A stretch of DNA of 64,000 bases from Nitrospirota bacterium (GTDB taxonomy: Bacteria; Nitrospirota; Thermodesulfovibrionia; UBA6902). Numbering within the stretch: the stretch's first letter is position 1; each line of letters begins with the position of its first letter. The position numbers were made by a program, and so were the translations under genes. Positions 60,050-64,000 of the stretch are shown piece by piece. The stretch lies in contig JACQZG010000007.1 of the NCBI GenBank assembly GCA_016213935.1, positions 2,206-66,205 of the forward strand, in the 5' to 3' direction. The notes under the pieces were generated by a model. That model ran no database searches, was not told the origin of the DNA, and was given only the letters and a program-made list of their open reading frames with translations.

Positions 60050-60091
60050 CTAAAAGCTGAGAGCTATCAGCTTATTAAGGAGGATAATACA

Positions 60092-60430
60092 ATGAAGATG
60101 GTTTCAGCCGTTATAAAACATTTCAGGCTCGACGAGGTGAGAAAGGCCCTAACCGACATAGGCGTTGAGGGCATGACCGCAACAGAGGTCAAAGGGTTTG
60201 GCAGGCAAAAAGGGCATATGGAAGTTTACCGGGGCGTTGAGTATGAAGTGAGGTTTCTGCCCAAGGTCAAGATCGAAGTGGCGGTGCCGAAAGAGAAGGT
60301 TGAGGATGTGCTAAGAGCAATACAGGATAGCGCAAGGACAGGCGAGATAGGCGACGGAAAGATATTCGTCTATTGGATTCAGGCGATACTGCATGGATTC
60401 TTGTGTCAACCGCGCTTGTGCTCTTTATGA
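60092..60430 (+). CDS. glnK: PII nitrogen regulator with aberrant C-terminus
   Basis: GFGRQKG, YRGVEY, TGEIGDGKIFV. After 60373 the usual RIRTGE tail is replaced by out-of-frame amtB sequence. Confidence 0.88.
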   Translation: MKMVSAVIKHFRLDEVRKALTDIGVEGMTATEVKGFGRQKGHMEVYRGVEYEVRFLPKVKIEVAVPKEKVEDVLRAIQDSARTGEIGDGKIFVYWIQAILHGFLCQPRLCSL

Positions 60431-61593
60431 CGCTGCCCGGGCTTGTGATGTTCTATGGCGGGCTCGTGCGCACAAAAAATGTACTCTCCATATCGCTTCA
60501 GTGCTTTGCCATCACCGGGATAATCTCTGTCCTTTGGCTCGTTGCCGGCTACAGCATCGCATTTTCCGACGGAAATGCTTTTTGGGGAGGGCTTTCAAAA
60601 CTCTTCTTTGCCGGAGTTGCCGAGAACTCGATGAGCGGCAGCATACCCGAGACGCTCTTTGCGATATTTCAGATGACATTCGCGATAATCACGCCCGCGC
60701 TCATTATCGGCGGCTTTGCCGAGAGGATGAGGTTTTCGGCAATATTGCTCTTCTCTTCACTATGGCTGATATTCGTTTACTGCCCTGTTGCCCACTGGGT
60801 CTGGGGCGGCGGATGGCTCCAGAAGATGGGGCTGCTCGACTTTGCAGGCGGGACTGTTGTTCATATAACAGCAGGCGTCGCCTCACTCGTGGCCGCTCTT
60901 GTGATAGGCAAGCGCGACGGTTTCCCAAGCTCTTCAATGCTGCCTCACAATATGACGATGACTGTTGCTGGCGCGGGAATGCTTTGGGTGGGATGGTTCG
61001 GCTTTAACGGCGGAAGCGCCCTTGCCGCAAACGGAAATGCCGCAATGGCGATGCTCGTCACGCATATTTCCGCATCAGCAGGCGCAATGTCATGGATGTT
61101 TCTTGAATGGAGAAAGTTCGGCAAGCCCACCGCCCTCGGCACTGTAACAGGCATGGTGGCGGGGCTCGGCACAATAACTCCGGCCTCAGGCTATGCTGGG
61201 CCCGCGGGCGCACTTGCCATAGGAGTCATAGCAGGGCTTTTATGCTTTCATGCCGTAATGTACATGAAGAACATTCTTAAGATAGATGATTCGCTTGACG
61301 TCTTCCCTGTTCATGGAATAGGCGGTATAACAGGCACTCTTCTTGCCGGGGTATTCGCTTCAACAGGGCTCGGGATATTCAGCGGCCAGGGTTTTGCCGA
61401 AGGTGTGAGCAGTATTTCCGGACAGCTATTCGTGCAGTTTGTCGGTGTTGTTTCAGTTGCTTTATACACGGCGATTGCCACCTATGCTATTCTAAAAGCC
61501 GTAAATGCCGTGACAGCCCTCCGCGTATGCAAAGAATGCGAGGTTCAGGGGCTTGACGTCTACGGCCACGGAGAGCAGGGGTATATCCTTTAA
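60373..61593 (+). CDS. amtB: Ammonium transporter (copy 2), N-terminus apparently missing
   Basis: DSGDTAW, FQMTFA, DFAGGTVVH, GWFGFNGGS, DDSLDVFPVHG. No RBS or signal peptide before the TTG. Confidence 0.93.
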   Translation: MDSGDTAWILVSTALVLFMTLPGLVMFYGGLVRTKNVLSISLQCFAITGIISVLWLVAGYSIAFSDGNAFWGGLSKLFFAGVAENSMSGSIPETLFAIFQMTFAIITPALIIGGFAERMRFSAILLFSSLWLIFVYCPVAHWVWGGGWLQKMGLLDFAGGTVVHITAGVASLVAALVIGKRDGFPSSSMLPHNMTMTVAGAGMLWVGWFGFNGGSALAANGNAAMAMLVTHISASAGAMSWMFLEWRKFGKPTALGTVTGMVAGLGTITPASGYAGPAGALAIGVIAGLLCFHAVMYMKNILKIDDSLDVFPVHGIGGITGTLLAGVFASTGLGIFSGQGFAEGVSSISGQLFVQFVGVVSVALYTAIATYAILKAVNAVTALRVCKECEVQGLDVYGHGEQGYIL

Positions 61594-61596
61594 GAG

Positions 61597-63588
61597 ATGT
61601 CTGTCCTGATAATTAAAAACACTGCGTCGGAAGGCCCGGGCACGATTGAGGATTATCTGAAGGAGAAAGGGATTGCGTACTCCATTCTCAGCCTTTTTGA
61701 CTGCAAAGCCGAGATACCGGATCTCAGAGGCTTCTCCCATCTCGTTGTAATGGGCGGCCCGATGGCGGTTTATGAGATGGAAGAGCACGCTTTTCTCAGT
61801 TATGAGGCCGCTATTATAAGGGCGTTCATTAAAACAGGCAGGCCTGTGCTTGGCGTCTGCCTCGGCGCGCAGATGATAGCATATTCGCTGGGAGCAAAGG
61901 TTTATGCCGGGAGCGCGAAAGAGATCGGCTGGTATAAGGTCGCGATTACTGAAGAGGGGATGAAAGATGCGGCATTCTCCGGGCTCGCATTGCCTGACGA
62001 AAAGTCCGCTGAGGTATTTCAGTGGCACGGCGACACATTCGACCTGCCCAAAAACGCGGTGAGAATCGCCTTGTCTGATTTATACCCTAACCAGGCATTC
62101 AGGTTTGGCAGTAATGTTTATGCCCTTCAGTTTCATATTGAAGTGACGCCGGGAATGATAACGGAATGGTTTCAGGATGAAAAAGGCGTTGGGATTGAGA
62201 ATACGCTTAAAAAAAGCGATGAGATATATCCCGAATACAGAAAGAGGGCTCAGAAATTTTATGAGAATTTTGCCGTGCCGATTGACGAACTTAAGGAAGA
62301 GATTTTCGAGGAGGGGCTCGGGTTTGACGGCTCATCCATCAGGGGATGGCAGGCTATAAACACCTCGGACATGCTCATTATTCCCGACCCGAATACAGCC
62401 TTCATGGACCCGTTCATGAAGTACCCCACGATAAGCTTGATCTGCAATATCGTGGACCCGATAACAAAGGAGTTTTACACGAGAGACCCGAGATACATAG
62501 CTCAGAAGGCTGAGGCGTACCTGAAATCAACAGGCATCGGCGATACCGCGTACTTCGGGCCTGAGGCGGAATTCTTTATCTTTGACGGCATCCGCTTTGA
62601 CCAGAACGCGCACAGCGGCTACTACTATATTGATTCCGCAGAAGGAATCTGGAATTCAGGCAGGGAGGAGAACCCGAACCTCGGTTACAAGCCCCGTCAT
62701 AAAGAAGGTTACTTTCCAGTTCCTCCCACAGACAGCCAGGTTGACATGAGGACAGAGATGGTCATGGAGATGATCAAGTGCGGAATCTATGTTGAGAGAG
62801 AGCACCACGAAGTCGCCACCGCGGGACAGGCTGAGATTGACATGAGGTTTGATTCCCTCGTCAATATGGCTGACAAGAACATGCTCTTCAAGTACATCAT
62901 CAAGAACGTTGCAAAGCGCCACGGCAAGACCGCTACATTTATGCCGAAGCCGTTGTTCGGCGACAACGGTTCAGGCATGCACGTTCATCAGAGCATATGG
63001 AAAGGCGGAAAGCCGCTCTTCGCAGGCAACGGATACGCGGGGCTGAGCGACCTCGCTATTCACTATATCGGCGGGGTGCTGAAGCACGCGAAGGCGCTTG
63101 CCGCGATAACCAATCCGACCACAAATTCATACAAGAGGCTTACTCCCGGATTCGAGGCGCCGGTCAATCTCGCTTACTCGGCAAGAAACCGCTCGGCCTC
63201 AATAAGGATACCGACCTACTCGGCAAGCCCCAAGGCAAAGAGAGTTGAGGTGCGCTTCCCTGACCCGTCATGCAATACCTATCTCGCCTTCTCAGCCATG
63301 CTGATGGCAGGCATTGACGGCATTGAGAATAAGATCGATCCGGGCGAGCCTTTGGATAAAGACCTTTACGACCTGCCGGCAGAGGAGTTAAAAAATATCC
63401 CTCAGATGCCGGCGAGCCTTGACGAGGCGCTTGATGCCCTTGAGAAAGACCACAAGTTCCTCATGAAAGGAAATGTCTTCACTGAAGACGCCATCCGGAA
63501 ATGGATAGATTACAAGAGGAGCAACGAGGTTGACGCGCTCAGGCTGAGGCCGCATCCGTACGAGTTCTTCCTGTATTATGATATTTAA
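61597..63588 (+). CDS. glnA: Class I glutamine amidotransferase (61597-~62270) joined in frame to an N-terminally truncated type I glutamine synthetase (~62270-63588)
   Basis: GATase: MGGPM, GVCLGAQ, WHGDTF, QFHIE. GS: [48 protein letters not shown]. Confidence 0.88.
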   Translation: MSVLIIKNTASEGPGTIEDYLKEKGIAYSILSLFDCKAEIPDLRGFSHLVVMGGPMAVYEMEEHAFLSYEAAIIRAFIKTGRPVLGVCLGAQMIAYSLGAKVYAGSAKEIGWYKVAITEEGMKDAAFSGLALPDEKSAEVFQWHGDTFDLPKNAVRIALSDLYPNQAFRFGSNVYALQFHIEVTPGMITEWFQDEKGVGIENTLKKSDEIYPEYRKRAQKFYENFAVPIDELKEEIFEEGLGFDGSSIRGWQAINTSDMLIIPDPNTAFMDPFMKYPTISLICNIVDPITKEFYTRDPRYIAQKAEAYLKSTGIGDTAYFGPEAEFFIFDGIRFDQNAHSGYYYIDSAEGIWNSGREENPNLGYKPRHKEGYFPVPPTDSQVDMRTEMVMEMIKCGIYVEREHHEVATAGQAEIDMRFDSLVNMADKNMLFKYIIKNVAKRHGKTATFMPKPLFGDNGSGMHVHQSIWKGGKPLFAGNGYAGLSDLAIHYIGGVLKHAKALAAITNPTTNSYKRLTPGFEAPVNLAYSARNRSASIRIPTYSASPKAKRVEVRFPDPSCNTYLAFSAMLMAGIDGIENKIDPGEPLDKDLYDLPAEELKNIPQMPASLDEALDALEKDHKFLMKGNVFTEDAIRKWIDYKRSNEVDALRLRPHPYEFFLYYDI

Positions 63589-63600
63589 TCCTGTTCGTCT

Positions 63601-63662
63601 CCTCCCTTTTCGCCACGGCAAATCCGCCGAGTGCGGAGACGGGAGGGGACTCAGGGGAGGGT
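63601..63662. repeat. Composite palindromic element after glnA
   Basis: CCTCCC..[CGCCACGGCAAATCCGCCGAGTGCGGAGAC]..GGGAGG-GGACTCAGGGGAGGG, with inner hairpin TCCGC/GCGGA. Confidence 0.45.
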
Positions 63663-63669
63663 AAAAAAC

Positions 63670-63704
63670 AAAAGGCTCAGGCTGCCTTTAGCCTGAGCCT
63701 TTTT
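63670..63704. terminator. Bidirectional intrinsic terminator
   Basis: AAAAGGCTCAGGCT-loop-AGCCTGAGCCTTTT between convergent genes. Confidence 0.85.
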
Positions 63705-63734
63705 ACGACTGTCCAGGTTCCGGGGGCCGCCTTA

Positions 63735-64000
63735 CTATCCTGAGGGATATAAGAATTTAAAAACATACGGAGAGCTTTGACTCCCGAAGATAATAATGCT
63801 TCCATTATGCAGCGGATACCGTGTCCTTTTATTATCTCCGCCGATATGATCGCCGTCAACGACCGTTCCGCACATGCTTCCCCTGTCAAATATCTCATAC
63901 GCGCCGTCATCTCTCTTTTCAATCTGAAGGTGCTCTCTTGATATCTGAAGCTTCTCCCCCAAATCATGAAGATAGCAGTCGTTATGCGGGGAAGTGCCGT
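63735..64000 (-). CDS. FHA-domain protein, C-terminal part (5' end outside window)
   Basis: Frame open to the window edge: HNDCYLHD..QISREHLQI..DRGSMCGTVVDG..L..G..I.FG, an FHA pattern. Confidence 0.75.
   Translation of the reverse strand, partial: GTSPHNDCYLHDLGEKLQISREHLQIEKRDDGAYEIFDRGSMCGTVVDGDHIGGDNKRTRYPLHNGSIIIFGSQSSPYVFKFLYPSG

Noticed and set aside
58284-61007. Long alternate-frame ORFs 58284-58865 (-) and 60393-61007 (+)
   Set aside because: They overlap well-supported porin and amtB genes and have Arg/Cys-rich shadow composition.

Overview
Bacterial genomic DNA of moderate GC. The gene repertoire suggests an anaerobic Nitrospirota (Thermodesulfovibrionia) or Desulfobacterota-like organism, probably from a metagenome assembly; this is inference. 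Housekeeping blocks are lepA-lepB-ribE-ribBA-ribH-nusB-purB, tRNA-fMet, rpsB-tsf-pyrH-frr-gap-pgk, smpB, tsaB-rimI, glgP, resB-ccsA, addB-like, a phosphohexomutase and mtnP-apt. Accessory modules: (1) a five-gene cluster with a processive GT2, a beta-barrel-like protein, a TPR protein, a GT-C-like protein and a micro-protein, resembling a synthase-dependent polysaccharide system; (2) an ArsR with C-terminal Cys-Cys upstream of a signal-less, single-chain 4x[4Fe-4S]-molybdopterin oxidoreductase with an Asp-substituted FS0 motif, sharing a palindromic box with an orphan amino-acid ABC ATPase; (3) NamZ plus a fused MurU-AmgK recycling enzyme and a HepT/MntA toxin-antitoxin pair; (4) an AT-rich island with a GHKL ATPase, a HhH-like protein and a protease; (5) a nitrogen-assimilation region with a split glutamate synthase, a NifA-like activator, and a sigma54 operon headed by a stand-alone HTH, then a porin-like gene, amtB-glnK-amtB and an in-frame GATase-glnA join. 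Several abrupt gene junctions suggest local deletions or assembly errors. No CRISPR array, rRNA or intact transposase was recognised. All calls come from motif reading; no database searches were run.
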